Of a DNA stretch of 64,000 nucleotides, positions 12,487-23,008 are shown one piece after another. A program made the position numbers and the translations under genes. The stretch comes from an uncultured cyanobacterium (GTDB lineage Bacteria > Cyanobacteriota > Cyanobacteriia > Cyanobacteriales > CAWUOF01): contig CAVUSO010000001.1 in assembly GCA_963744145.1 (NCBI GenBank), forward strand, positions 5,344,001-5,408,000, given 5' to 3'. The notes below the pieces were generated by a model, which searched no databases, was not told the DNA's origin, and saw only the letters and a program-made list of their open reading frames with translations. How positions within the stretch are numbered: the stretch's first letter is position 1; each line of letters begins with the position of its first letter.

Positions 12487-15400
12487 TTAGCTTGATAAAT
12501 GGGATGTGACTAAATTCAAAATTTCATGATCATCAAAAGCTTCAGCTAAAGCGAGAATTCTCTTCACAAATGGAGTATATTTAGGTTCCATCTGTTGTAA
12601 CTGTTTAGCAGCAATTTCGATCGCAGTAATATCACCAATTTTGGCAGCAGCATAAATAGGATCAAGTTCCTCAGCAGAGGGAATTATATAAGGTTGATCT
12701 GGGTCAGATTCAGTGAGAGATGCTTGTAAGTCTGACGATTCATAGAGCCATTCTATTTTTAGATATTTTTGCAGATACATAAATAGTTTTTCAATTTCAA
12801 TTGGTTTAGTTAGAAAGTCATTACAACCAGCTTCAATACTACTAAGTTGGTCTTCAGCTAAAACACTAGCACTTGACGCAATAATTATCACTTGGTTTCC
12901 CTCCGGTAATTGACGAACCCGACGGGTAAATTCAAACCCATCTAAAATGGGCATCACTAAATCTGTAATCACTAAATCTGGTTGAAATTGTGATACTAAA
13001 GCTAATGCTTCTTCTCCATTAGTCGCGGTAATACATGAAAAACCTAGCGGTGTCAGAATATCGATAATAATAGCACGGTTAACTTCTTTATCATCCGCAA
13101 TCAAGATAGTATGCTGTTTACCTTTATAACCAATAATTTGACCTTGTTTTTCTTGGGTAACGGAACTAGTCCATTGGGTGGCGATCGCTAATTCTAAATC
13201 AAACCAAAAGGTACTACCAGCACCAATCACACTATCGACTTGAATCTGGCTACCCATTATATTGATGATCTGTTGACTAATTGCTAGTCCCAGTCCTGTT
13301 CCTTCCGCACGACGGGCAGTATTTCCTACTTGTTCAAAGGGTTTAAATAGTTTATGAATTTGTTCTGGGCTAATCCCCACTCCTGTATCTTGGATGGCAA
13401 AACGTACTTTAACTGAAGTAGGTATTGATATATTTGGAGATGCTAAGTCTAAAACAATTACTTGAAAAGTAACCTGACCAACATCTGTAAACTTAATGGC
13501 ATTTCCTAATAGATTTAGCAGCACTTGACGTAACCGTTTATCATCGACCTGAACTGCTTGAGGAAGACTTGGATCAAATTGATAAATTAAATTAATTCCT
13601 TTTTGTTCTGCCCGAATTCGCGATAATTCTGTAATATTACTGAGAAAATAGAGAAAATGGATATCTTTCTGATATAGTTCCATTTTCCTGGCTTCAATTT
13701 TCGACAGGTCAAGAATATCATTAATTAAATCCAACAGATGACTACCGCATTGATAGACAATATTCACATTATGTTTATGGGAATTTAAGTCCACTGCCCG
13801 TTGCATAATTTGGGCATAACCGAGAATTCCATTCAGGGGAGTTCTTAATTCGTGACTCATCGCAGCAAGAAATTCACTTTTAGCTTGGTTCGCTACTTCA
13901 GCAGCAATTTTTGCCTGTTCTAGATGAGCTTCTAATTGTTTCCGTTCCGTAATATCCCGGAGAATCACAATATATTGCTGAAAATGCTCTCGTTTTCGTT
14001 GGGAAATGGTAGCTTCAATAATTGGTTGATGATCAAGCTGAGAGTGTCGGAGTTTTAAAATTTGTTCACTTCGTCCAGGAAATTCGGCTGGTTGAGCTGG
14101 TAAATTGGGGAAAAATTCATTGAGATGATAACCAATTAGTTGGGGTGATGGTCGTTTAAATAGATCAGTTGCTGCTAAATTGATTTGATTGATAATTCCT
14201 TCTTCATCTAGCACTAAAACTGTATCTAAAACTGTATCTAAAGCAGTAATAAAAAGATTTTCGGCTTGTTCTTTAGCTGCGGCGATCGCGGTCACTTGTG
14301 GTAAACTGGTCCAACAGGCGATCGCGACACTAATAAAGGCAATACTTAATAGTAACACGACCAAGATATTAGCATTAATCAGATTAGAAACTTGATCAAC
14401 ATTAGCTCTAATAAACCACCCAATGGTAGTTGCTCCACATACTAACAGCAGCAAAATAATAATTTGATATTCGACAAAATAGTCAGGCTGATCTGATGTC
14501 TGATTTTTCTTGAATTTTAACCACCAACGGGGCTGACAAACAGCAAAAGGTAATCTTCTGATAATTTGATCGGCAGTAAGAATAAAAATAGGACATAAAA
14601 TTCCCAAAACAAAATTTTGTTTATTCCATGCTGATGCGGTGATTAATAGAACAAAAATTTCCCCAATAAAAATACCGCCAGAAATCCAGGGCCAACGCAC
14701 TTCTTCTCGATTTCTATTGAGCCAAAGTCCGAGACGAAAGATCATAATAGTTACTAAATAGCTCGTCCCAGTGACAATAACTATTTGATCGACATTTCCC
14801 CAAATTAAACAAATAATACTTAAAGTAAAACTCAAAATAATGGCAGGTTGCAAAACTCCTTGATTAGAAACTACCCTAAACACGGTCGATAGATTTCCAT
14901 CTAAAGCCATCTGATAAAATACCCGGGGGGTATTAGAAACTGCGGTGGCAGAAATTAATAAACATCCAGAGGCAATCAAAAAAGTTATTAAAATGGCAGC
15001 ATAAGGTCCCCAGAAATGATTAGCACTTGCTAGTAATTGGGCAAAACTACCATCTGAGGTTTGAATGCTTAAACGACTAATCACCCAAGAACCACCAACA
15101 AATATGGGGATAATAAACCAGGTTACAAATTTTAAACAGCGTAAAGTAAAATCAGGGTAACGGCTATCTGCGACAAAGGAAGAAGCAGTATCAAACGCAT
15201 ACATGGCATAAGAAGCAAAAAAATACCATTTAGCCCAAATTGGCAAACTGATCCCAGAGAAGTTGGTCGGGAAAAATCCAGGACTATCATGAGCAAAAGC
15301 TAACCAACCTAATCCTTGGAGACAAAAGGTCAATAGAAAACCTAAAGCTGGTAGAATAAAACATAAATGCAAAATCGCTAAAGATCTCGTACCGCTAAAA

Positions 15401-15834
15401 GCAACTATATAGGGTAATACAGTAAATAAGACTTTTAGTGGTAGTTCTGGAGGATGTATTCCTAAAGGAGATAAATTAGCAGTAATTAGATCCGTGAGAA
15501 CGATCGCATTTAAAGTTGGTACTGCTGACCAACTAAAAGCATAGCCGATCGCTGCATAACGAGCTAACCAGGGATATTTACTTAATAAACGAGTGAGATA
15601 AATTGGTGTTCCACCGGATAAATCAGGCCATTTTTCTCCTAAACGTTTGACCTGGAGGTTAAACATAATGGCTATAATAGTTCCAGGTAGCAGCACTAAA
15701 ATAGCACTTTCTTTTAGGGCTGTATTCAAGTCTGGTGCAATATATAACCAGCCAATGAAATTGCTTAAACTAAAACCTAATGCTTCTATCGGACTCAGGA
15801 CTCGGGGCAGTCGTCTTTGTAGTTGATCAAGCAT
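12487..15834 (-). CDS. APC-family (amino-acid permease-like) domain fused to PAS-HisKA-HATPase-REC hybrid kinase, copy A
   Basis: About 14 hydrophobic segments with APC hallmarks (LPRVL..., WPDLSGGTPIY, SNTPRVFYQMALDG), followed by [10 protein letters not shown] and a receiver domain. Confidence 0.9.
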   Translation of the reverse strand: MLDQLQRRLPRVLSPIEALGFSLSNFIGWLYIAPDLNTALKESAILVLLPGTIIAIMFNLQVKRLGEKWPDLSGGTPIYLTRLLSKYPWLARYAAIGYAFSWSAVPTLNAIVLTDLITANLSPLGIHPPELPLKVLFTVLPYIVAFSGTRSLAILHLCFILPALGFLLTFCLQGLGWLAFAHDSPGFFPTNFSGISLPIWAKWYFFASYAMYAFDTASSFVADSRYPDFTLRCLKFVTWFIIPIFVGGSWVISRLSIQTSDGSFAQLLASANHFWGPYAAILITFLIASGCLLISATAVSNTPRVFYQMALDGNLSTVFRVVSNQGVLQPAIILSFTLSIICLIWGNVDQIVIVTGTSYLVTIMIFRLGLWLNRNREEVRWPWISGGIFIGEIFVLLITASAWNKQNFVLGILCPIFILTADQIIRRLPFAVCQPRWWLKFKKNQTSDQPDYFVEYQIIILLLLVCGATTIGWFIRANVDQVSNLINANILVVLLLSIAFISVAIACWTSLPQVTAIAAAKEQAENLFITALDTVLDTVLVLDEEGIINQINLAATDLFKRPSPQLIGYHLNEFFPNLPAQPAEFPGRSEQILKLRHSQLDHQPIIEATISQRKREHFQQYIVILRDITERKQLEAHLEQAKIAAEVANQAKSEFLAAMSHELRTPLNGILGYAQIMQRAVDLNSHKHNVNIVYQCGSHLLDLINDILDLSKIEARKMELYQKDIHFLYFLSNITELSRIRAEQKGINLIYQFDPSLPQAVQVDDKRLRQVLLNLLGNAIKFTDVGQVTFQVIVLDLASPNISIPTSVKVRFAIQDTGVGISPEQIHKLFKPFEQVGNTARRAEGTGLGLAISQQIINIMGSQIQVDSVIGAGSTFWFDLELAIATQWTSSVTQEKQGQIIGYKGKQHTILIADDKEVNRAIIIDILTPLGFSCITATNGEEALALVSQFQPDLVITDLVMPILDGFEFTRRVRQLPEGNQVIIIASSASVLAEDQLSSIEAGCNDFLTKPIEIEKLFMYLQKYLKIEWLYESSDLQASLTESDPDQPYIIPSAEELDPIYAAAKIGDITAIEIAAKQLQQMEPKYTPFVKRILALAEAFDDHEILNLVTSHLSS

Positions 15835-15850
15835 ATAATTATTAATTGTT

Positions 15851-18800
15851 CTAAATTGATAGATGGGAGGTAACTAAATTCAAAATTTCCCTGTCTTCAA
15901 AAGCTTCAGCTAAAGCCAGAATTTTTTTGACAAAGGGAGTATATTTAGGTTCCATCTGTTGTAATTGTTTAGCGGCAATTTCGATCGCGCTAATATCACC
16001 GATTTTCGCTGCATCATAAATGGCAGTGAGTTCCTCTGCACTAGGTATTATATCAGGTTGATCTTGAGGAAATTCTGTGGTTAATAATTGCACATTAGAT
16101 GATTCATATAACCATTCTAGTTTTAGATATTTTTGCAGATACATAAATAGTTTTTCGATTTCAATTGGTTTAGTTAGAAAGTCATTACAACCAGCTTCGA
16201 TACTACTAATTTGGTCTTCAGCTAAAACACTAGCACTTGACGCAATAATTATCACTTGGTTTCCCTCCGGTAATTGACGAACCCGACGAGTAAATTCAAA
16301 CCCATCCAGAATGGGCATCACTAAATCAGTAATCACTAAATCAGGCTGAATTTGTGATACTAAAGCTAATGCTTCTTCTCCATTAGTCGCAGTAATACAT
16401 GAAAAACCTAGCGGTGTCAGAATATCGATCACAATGGAACGGTTAACTTCTTTATCATCCGCAATCAAGATAGTACGCTGTTTACCTTTATAACCAATAA
16501 TTTGACCTTGTTTTTCTTGGGTAACGGAACTGGTCCATTGGGTGGCGATCGCTAGTTCTAAATCAAACCAAAAGGTACTACCAACACCGATCACACTATC
16601 TATTTGAATCTGACTACCCATCATATTGATGATCTGTTGACTAATTGCTAGTCCCAGTCCTGTTCCTTCCGCACGACGGGCTGCATTTCCTACTTGTTCA
16701 AAGGGTTTAAATAGTTTATGAATTTGTTCTGGACTAATTCCCACTCCTGTATCTTGGATGGCAAAACGGATTTTTGTAGTGGTTGCAGTTACTGGACTTA
16801 TCAACTCTGAATCTAGCACTATTACTCGAAAAGTAACACTACCAACATCAGTAAACTTAATCGCATTTCCTAATAGATTCAGTAGCACTTGACGTAACCT
16901 TTTGTCATCTACTTTAACCGCTTGAGGAAGACGCGGATCAAATTGATAAACTAAATTAATTCCTTTTTGTTCTGCCCGAATTCGCGATAATTCGGTAATA
17001 TTACTGAGAAAATAGAGCAAATGGATATCCTTCCGATACAGTTCCATTTTCCTAGCTTCAATTTTCGACAGGTCAAGAATATCATTAATTAAATCTAGCA
17101 AATGACTACCACATTGATAAATAACATTCACATTCTGCTTATGGGAATTTAAGTCCACTGCTCGTTGCATAATTTGGGCATAACCGAGAATTCCATTCAG
17201 GGGAGTTCTTAATTCATGACTCATGGAAGCGAGAAATTCACTTTTAGCTTGGTTCGCTACTTCAGCAGCAATTTTTGCTTGTTCTAGATGAGCTTCTAAT
17301 TGTTTCCGTTCCGTAATATCCCGGAGAATCACAATATATTGCTGAAAATGATCTCTTTTGCGTTCGGAAATTGTTGCTTCAATAATTGGTTGCTGATAAA
17401 TCTGGGAGTGTCGGAGTTTTAAGATTTGTTCACTCCGAGTCGGAAATTCGGCTGGTTGGGCTGGTAAATTGGGGAAAAATTCGTTGAGATGATAGCCAAT
17501 CAGTTGGAGCGATGGTAGTTTAAATAGGTCGGTTGCGGCTAAATTGATTTGACTGATAATTCCTTCTTCATCTAGCACTAAAACTGTATCTAAAACTGTA
17601 TCTAAAGCAGTAATAAAAAGATTTTCGGCTTGTTCTTTAGCTTCAGCGATCGCTGTTACTTGTGGTAAACTTGTCCAACAGGCGATCGCGACACTAATAA
17701 AAGCAATACTTAAAACTAATACCACCAAAATATTAGCATTAACTATCCCAGAAGCATGATCTATTTTGGCCCGGAGAACCCAACCAATTGTAGTGGCACT
17801 AACTACTAAAAAGAGGAGAATGATAATTTGATATTCAACAAAATGTTTAGGCTGGTTAACAGTCTGACTTTTCCGATGCTTCAACCACCAACTGGGATGA
17901 CAAATCGCTAAAGGCAAATTACGGATCATTAAATCTGCGATTAAAATAAAAATTGGCAAAAGGAGTCCGATCGCAAAATTATATCGATCCCAAGCTGTTC
18001 CTCCAACGATCAGAATCATAAATTCAACTATACCAACCACCCCAGAAATCCAGGGCCAACGCACCTCCGGTCTATTTCTACTCAGCCATAATCCGATATG
18101 GAATACTATAATTGTGACGACATAGCTAGTTCCAGTTACCATCACAATTTGAGTAGTATCTCCCCAAATTAAGCAAATAATACTCAGTAAAAAACTCAAC
18201 AAAATAGCTGGTTGTAAAACACCTTGCCGAGAAACTACTCCAAATACGGGAGATATATGTCCATCTAGAGCCATTTGATAAAATATCCGAGGACAGTTAC
18301 AAACAGCAGTTGCTGCAATTAGTAAACATCCAGATGCCATCAGAAAGGTAACTAAAATTGCCGCAGGCGGTCCCCAAAAATGATTAGCAGTTGCAACTAA
18401 CTGTAAAAAATCATTATCTGATCGATCCAGCGATAAACGACCAATTAGCCAAGAACCACCCACGAATATGGGGATAATGAACCAAGCTGTGAATTTTAAA
18501 CAACGTAAAGTAAAATCAGGATTACGACTATCTGCGACAAAGGAAGAAGCTGTGTCGAAACTATAAATAGCATAGACTGCAAAAAAATACCATTTTGCCC
18601 ACAGTGGTAAATCGATCGCGGGCACACTGGTAGGTAAAAATCCCGGACTATCACTAGCCAAAGTTAACCATCCTAAACCTTGCACACAAAATGTTAATAA
18701 AAACCCTAATGCAGGTAAGACAAAACATAAGTGTAAGATGGCTAAAGTTCTGGTGCCACTAAAGGCAACTATATAAGGTAATGCTGTAAATAAGATTTTT

Positions 18801-19201
18801 AGGAATGTGGCTGGAGTATGTATTCCTAAAGGCTCAAGATTGGCAGTAATTAAATCAGTGAGAATAATGGCATTTAGAGGTGGTACTGATACCCAGTCTA
18901 AGATATAGCCGATCGCTGCATAGCGTGCTAACCAAGGATATTGACTCAATAAACGAGTGATATAAATTGGTGTACCACCAGCTAAATCGGGCCAATGTTC
19001 TCCTAAGCGTTTAATCTGGAGGTTAAACATGATACCCATGATTGCTCCAGGTAACATGACGAAAATGGCATTTTCTTGGAGTGCCGTATTCAAATCTGGT
19101 GCAATATATAGCCATCCAATTAAACCACTGAGACTAAAACCTAATGCTTCTAAAGGACCAAGAATGCGGGGCAGACTTCTGGAAAATTGTTGATTTATCA
19201 T
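15851..19201 (-). CDS. APC permease-hybrid histidine kinase fusion, copy B
   Basis: Full-length paralogue of copy A with intact H-box, G-boxes and receiver Asp/Lys. Confidence 0.9.
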   Translation of the reverse strand: MINQQFSRSLPRILGPLEALGFSLSGLIGWLYIAPDLNTALQENAIFVMLPGAIMGIMFNLQIKRLGEHWPDLAGGTPIYITRLLSQYPWLARYAAIGYILDWVSVPPLNAIILTDLITANLEPLGIHTPATFLKILFTALPYIVAFSGTRTLAILHLCFVLPALGFLLTFCVQGLGWLTLASDSPGFLPTSVPAIDLPLWAKWYFFAVYAIYSFDTASSFVADSRNPDFTLRCLKFTAWFIIPIFVGGSWLIGRLSLDRSDNDFLQLVATANHFWGPPAAILVTFLMASGCLLIAATAVCNCPRIFYQMALDGHISPVFGVVSRQGVLQPAILLSFLLSIICLIWGDTTQIVMVTGTSYVVTIIVFHIGLWLSRNRPEVRWPWISGVVGIVEFMILIVGGTAWDRYNFAIGLLLPIFILIADLMIRNLPLAICHPSWWLKHRKSQTVNQPKHFVEYQIIILLFLVVSATTIGWVLRAKIDHASGIVNANILVVLVLSIAFISVAIACWTSLPQVTAIAEAKEQAENLFITALDTVLDTVLVLDEEGIISQINLAATDLFKLPSLQLIGYHLNEFFPNLPAQPAEFPTRSEQILKLRHSQIYQQPIIEATISERKRDHFQQYIVILRDITERKQLEAHLEQAKIAAEVANQAKSEFLASMSHELRTPLNGILGYAQIMQRAVDLNSHKQNVNVIYQCGSHLLDLINDILDLSKIEARKMELYRKDIHLLYFLSNITELSRIRAEQKGINLVYQFDPRLPQAVKVDDKRLRQVLLNLLGNAIKFTDVGSVTFRVIVLDSELISPVTATTTKIRFAIQDTGVGISPEQIHKLFKPFEQVGNAARRAEGTGLGLAISQQIINMMGSQIQIDSVIGVGSTFWFDLELAIATQWTSSVTQEKQGQIIGYKGKQRTILIADDKEVNRSIVIDILTPLGFSCITATNGEEALALVSQIQPDLVITDLVMPILDGFEFTRRVRQLPEGNQVIIIASSASVLAEDQISSIEAGCNDFLTKPIEIEKLFMYLQKYLKLEWLYESSNVQLLTTEFPQDQPDIIPSAEELTAIYDAAKIGDISAIEIAAKQLQQMEPKYTPFVKKILALAEAFEDREILNLVTSHLSI

Positions 19202-19219
19202 ATAATCATGAGTGCTTTA

Positions 19220-22200
19220 CTAAGTTGATAAATGAGCGGATACTAAATTCAAAATTTCCTTATCTTCAAAAGCTTCAGCTAGAGCGAGAATGCGATGCAC
19301 AAAGGGAGTATATTGAGGCTCAATCTGTTGTAAATGTTTAGCCGTACTTTCAATGGCTGCAATATCACCAATTTTAGCTGCTTCATAAATAGGGGCTAGT
19401 TCCTCCGCACTAGGAATGATATAAGGTTGATCTGGTTGGGATTCTGTCGTCAATAGTTGCACCGTTGCTGATTCATACAGCCATTCGATTTGGAGATATT
19501 TTTGCAGACTGAAAAATAGTTTTTCAATTTCCATCGGTTTGGGGAGAAAATCATTACAACCTGCTTCAATACTGCTAACTTGATCCTCGGCTAAGACACT
19601 GGCACTCGAAGCAATTATTACCACTTGATTCCCCTTCGGTAATTGACGGACTCGACGGGTAAACTCAAACCCATCCAGAATGGGCATCACTAAATCTGTA
19701 ATCACTAAATCAGGCTGAATTTGTGATACTAATGTTAATGCTTCTTCCCCATTAGTAGCTGGGATACACTTAAAACCCAGAGGTGCAAGAATATCGATCA
19801 CAATCGCGCGGTTGATTTCTTTATCATCAGCAATCAGAATGGTACGTTGTTTACCTTTGTAACCGATAATTTGTCCTTGCTTTTCCTGGGTAATTTGATT
19901 TGTCCATTGGGTGGCGATCGCTAGTTCTAAATCAAACCAAAAGGTACTACCAACACCAAGAATACTATCTACTTGAATTTGACTACCCATGAGATTAATC
20001 ATTCGTTGACTAATCGCAAGTCCCAGTCCTGTTCCTTCCCCACGACGGGATTTATTTCCTACTTGTTCAAAAGGTTGAAATAGTTTGTAAATTTGCTTAG
20101 AGCTAATCCCCACTCCTGTATCTTGAATAGAAAAGCGAATTTTAACTAGATGACTTTCTGATTCGGCGGTCGGTATTTTCAGTTCTGAGTCTAACATGAT
20201 CACCTGAAAAGTAACACTACCTTGATCAGTAAATTTAATTGCATTGCCCAGTAAATTAATTAGCACTTGACGCAGACGTTTTTCATCGGCTTTGATCACC
20301 TTGGGAAGGTTTGGACTTACTTGGTAATAAAAATTAATTCCCTTTTGTTCAGACCGAATCCGGAATATTTCGGTAATATTAGTCAGAAAATAAATTAAAT
20401 GAACATCTTTAAAATAAAGCTCCATTTTCCGGGCTTCTATTTTAGAAAGGTCAAGAATATCATTAATTAAATCTAGAAGATGGGTCCCACACTGATGAAT
20501 AATATTCACATTGTTTTTATGAGAATTTAAGTCCTTAGTACGTTGCATGATTTGGGTATAACCCAGAATTCCATTCAAGGGAGTTCTTAACTCATGACTC
20601 ATGGAAGCTAGAAATTCACTTTTAGCTTGATTTGCTGTTTCCGCTGTAACTTTTGCTTCTTGGAGACGTAATTCTAGTCTTTTGCGTTCTGTAATATCCC
20701 GCAGAATCACTATATATTGTTGAAGCTGAGTTTTTTTTCGTTGCGAAATTGTTGCTTCAATAATTTGTTGAGATGGGTTTCGCTTCAAACTACAATATAA
20801 CTGTGGATTTAAGGTTTGTTCACTCCGAGCCGGAAATGCTTCTGGTTGATTTGGTAAATCTGGAAAAAACCGATTGAGATGATAACCAATTAAATGTTCA
20901 GCATTGACTCCAAAAAGTTCAGTAGCTGCGAGATTAGTTTGTTCAATAATTCCATCAGTATCTAAAACTAAAACAGTATCTAAAACTGTATCGAGAGCAG
21001 TAACAAATAAATTTTCTGCTTGCTCTCTAGCTTCGGCGATCGCGGTCACTTGTGGTAAACTAGTCCAACAGGCGATCGCGACGCTAATAAAAGCTATACT
21101 CAGTAGCAAAACTACAAAAATATTGGCATTAACACTACTCGAAATTTTATCGATTGTAGCCCGCAGAAACCAGCCAATTGTGGTGGCGCTACAAACTAAT
21201 AACAGCAGAACAATGACCTGATACTCGACAAAACTGTTGAAACTACTAATTGCTCGATTTTTCTGAATTGTTAGCCACCAAGTCGGATGGCAGATGGCGA
21301 AAGGAAGATGTCGGATCACTGAATCTGCCATTAAAATAATCATGGGCAGGAAGAGTCCAATTATAAAATCTTGCCGATTCCATGCTAATCCACCTACTAC
21401 TAAAATTGCCAATTCAACTACACAAATTAATCCGGTAATTTGAGGCCAAAGAACTTCTGATCGATGTTTACCTAGCCATAGCCCTAGATGTAAGATCATG
21501 ATCGTTAATAGGTAGCTAGTACCTGTGATCATCACAATCTGAGTAACATTTCCCCAAATTAAACAGATTATACTTAAAGTAAAACTGGCCAGAATTGCCG
21601 GTTGCAGGACACCTTGACGAGAAACTACTGTTAATACGGGAGATAGGTGTTGATCGAGAGCTAGTTGATAAAAGATCCTGGGACAGTTAGACACCGCAGT
21701 TGCCGAAATTAGCAAGCATCCAGACGCCATCAGAAAAGTGACCAGAATTGGAGCTGAAGGTCCCCAAAAATATTGAGCTGTTGCTAAGAGATGGGCAAAA
21801 TCATTGTTTTCTAGGTTAGGGTTAGTAGCTAAACGACTCATTAACCAAGAACCGCCCACAAATATTGGTATAATTAACCAAGCCGTAAATTTTAAACAGC
21901 GTAAAGTAAAATCAGGACGACGACTATCTGCCACAAAAGATGAGGCTGTATCACAGGAATAAACGGAGTAGCTAGCAAAAAAATACCACTTTGCCCATTG
22001 TTCAAAAGTTAACTGTGGTAAATGAGTCGGAAAAAAATTCGGGCTATCAGTGGCAAAAGTTAACCATCCCAATCCTTGCACGCAAAATGTGAGTAAAAAG
22101 CCAATTGCAGGTAGGATAAAACATAAGTGTAAAATTGCTAAAGCGCGGGTGCCGCTAAAAGCAACAATATAAGGTATTACTGTAAAGATAATTTCTAGGA

Positions 22201-22597
22201 AAGTTTGTGGGCTAGATATTTCTAAAGAGCCAAGATTTGCTTGGATCAGATCAGTGAGGATAATAGCATTTATTGGTGGTATTGAGACCCAGGCTAAGAT
22301 ATAGCCGATCGCTGCATAACGCACTAACCAAGGATATTGACTTAATAATCGAGTAATATAAATTGGTGTACCACCAGCTAAATCAGGCCATCTTTCTCCT
22401 AAACGTTTCACTTGGAGGTTGAGCATAATACTAACTATGCTGGCAGGTAACATGATGAAAATTACGTTTTCTTGCAGGGCTGCATTCAAGTCTGGTGCAA
22501 TATAAAGCCACCCAATTAACCCACTTAAACTAAAACCTAATGCTTCTAATGGACTGAGAATTCGCGGTAGATGTCTTGGCAATTGTTGATCAAGCAT
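19220..22597 (-). CDS. APC permease-hybrid histidine kinase fusion, copy C
   Basis: Start moved to MLDQQLPRHLPR (22597) by alignment with copies A and B; intact kinase and receiver motifs. Confidence 0.9.
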   Translation of the reverse strand: MLDQQLPRHLPRILSPLEALGFSLSGLIGWLYIAPDLNAALQENVIFIMLPASIVSIMLNLQVKRLGERWPDLAGGTPIYITRLLSQYPWLVRYAAIGYILAWVSIPPINAIILTDLIQANLGSLEISSPQTFLEIIFTVIPYIVAFSGTRALAILHLCFILPAIGFLLTFCVQGLGWLTFATDSPNFFPTHLPQLTFEQWAKWYFFASYSVYSCDTASSFVADSRRPDFTLRCLKFTAWLIIPIFVGGSWLMSRLATNPNLENNDFAHLLATAQYFWGPSAPILVTFLMASGCLLISATAVSNCPRIFYQLALDQHLSPVLTVVSRQGVLQPAILASFTLSIICLIWGNVTQIVMITGTSYLLTIMILHLGLWLGKHRSEVLWPQITGLICVVELAILVVGGLAWNRQDFIIGLFLPMIILMADSVIRHLPFAICHPTWWLTIQKNRAISSFNSFVEYQVIVLLLLVCSATTIGWFLRATIDKISSSVNANIFVVLLLSIAFISVAIACWTSLPQVTAIAEAREQAENLFVTALDTVLDTVLVLDTDGIIEQTNLAATELFGVNAEHLIGYHLNRFFPDLPNQPEAFPARSEQTLNPQLYCSLKRNPSQQIIEATISQRKKTQLQQYIVILRDITERKRLELRLQEAKVTAETANQAKSEFLASMSHELRTPLNGILGYTQIMQRTKDLNSHKNNVNIIHQCGTHLLDLINDILDLSKIEARKMELYFKDVHLIYFLTNITEIFRIRSEQKGINFYYQVSPNLPKVIKADEKRLRQVLINLLGNAIKFTDQGSVTFQVIMLDSELKIPTAESESHLVKIRFSIQDTGVGISSKQIYKLFQPFEQVGNKSRRGEGTGLGLAISQRMINLMGSQIQVDSILGVGSTFWFDLELAIATQWTNQITQEKQGQIIGYKGKQRTILIADDKEINRAIVIDILAPLGFKCIPATNGEEALTLVSQIQPDLVITDLVMPILDGFEFTRRVRQLPKGNQVVIIASSASVLAEDQVSSIEAGCNDFLPKPMEIEKLFFSLQKYLQIEWLYESATVQLLTTESQPDQPYIIPSAEELAPIYEAAKIGDIAAIESTAKHLQQIEPQYTPFVHRILALAEAFEDKEILNLVSAHLST

Positions 22598-23008
22598 ATA
22601 TTTTTTCCCTGGTAAAAGTGTAGGTGAAAATACTCTGAAAATATTGGCAAGTAGATTGACTAAAAATGCCAGTTTTTTGATCAAATATGATCCTAATTTT
22701 TTCCCAAAATAATTGAGATTATTTGTCGTTACATGAATCTTATCATAGTAATTAGAACGGGTAAATTTGCCGATGGTTCCAGCCAATAGAATTAGATTAC
22801 CCTAGGGCGATCGGAAAATAACTATTTTCTGACTGGTACAATCAAGCTACTAGAACCTTGACCTAGCAAGGATATTAAAAATATTTCAGAATTTGTAATC
22901 TAGGAAACATCTTTTTTTTTAAAAGTATAGTATTAGGTAAGAAATGAAAGGAAAACAGCTAAGATCAGGCGTAAAGATAGTTTTCTTTTTTAATAGCACC
23001 TGCTCCCT

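Noticed and set aside
22598..22786. 63-aa N-terminal extension of kinase copy C
   Set aside because: The paralogues begin at the MLDQ/MINQ Met; the extension looks like AT-rich upstream DNA.
22836..22851. NtcA box upstream of the APC-kinase operon
   Set aside because: GTA-N9-TAC spacing does not fit the GTA-N8-TAC consensus.
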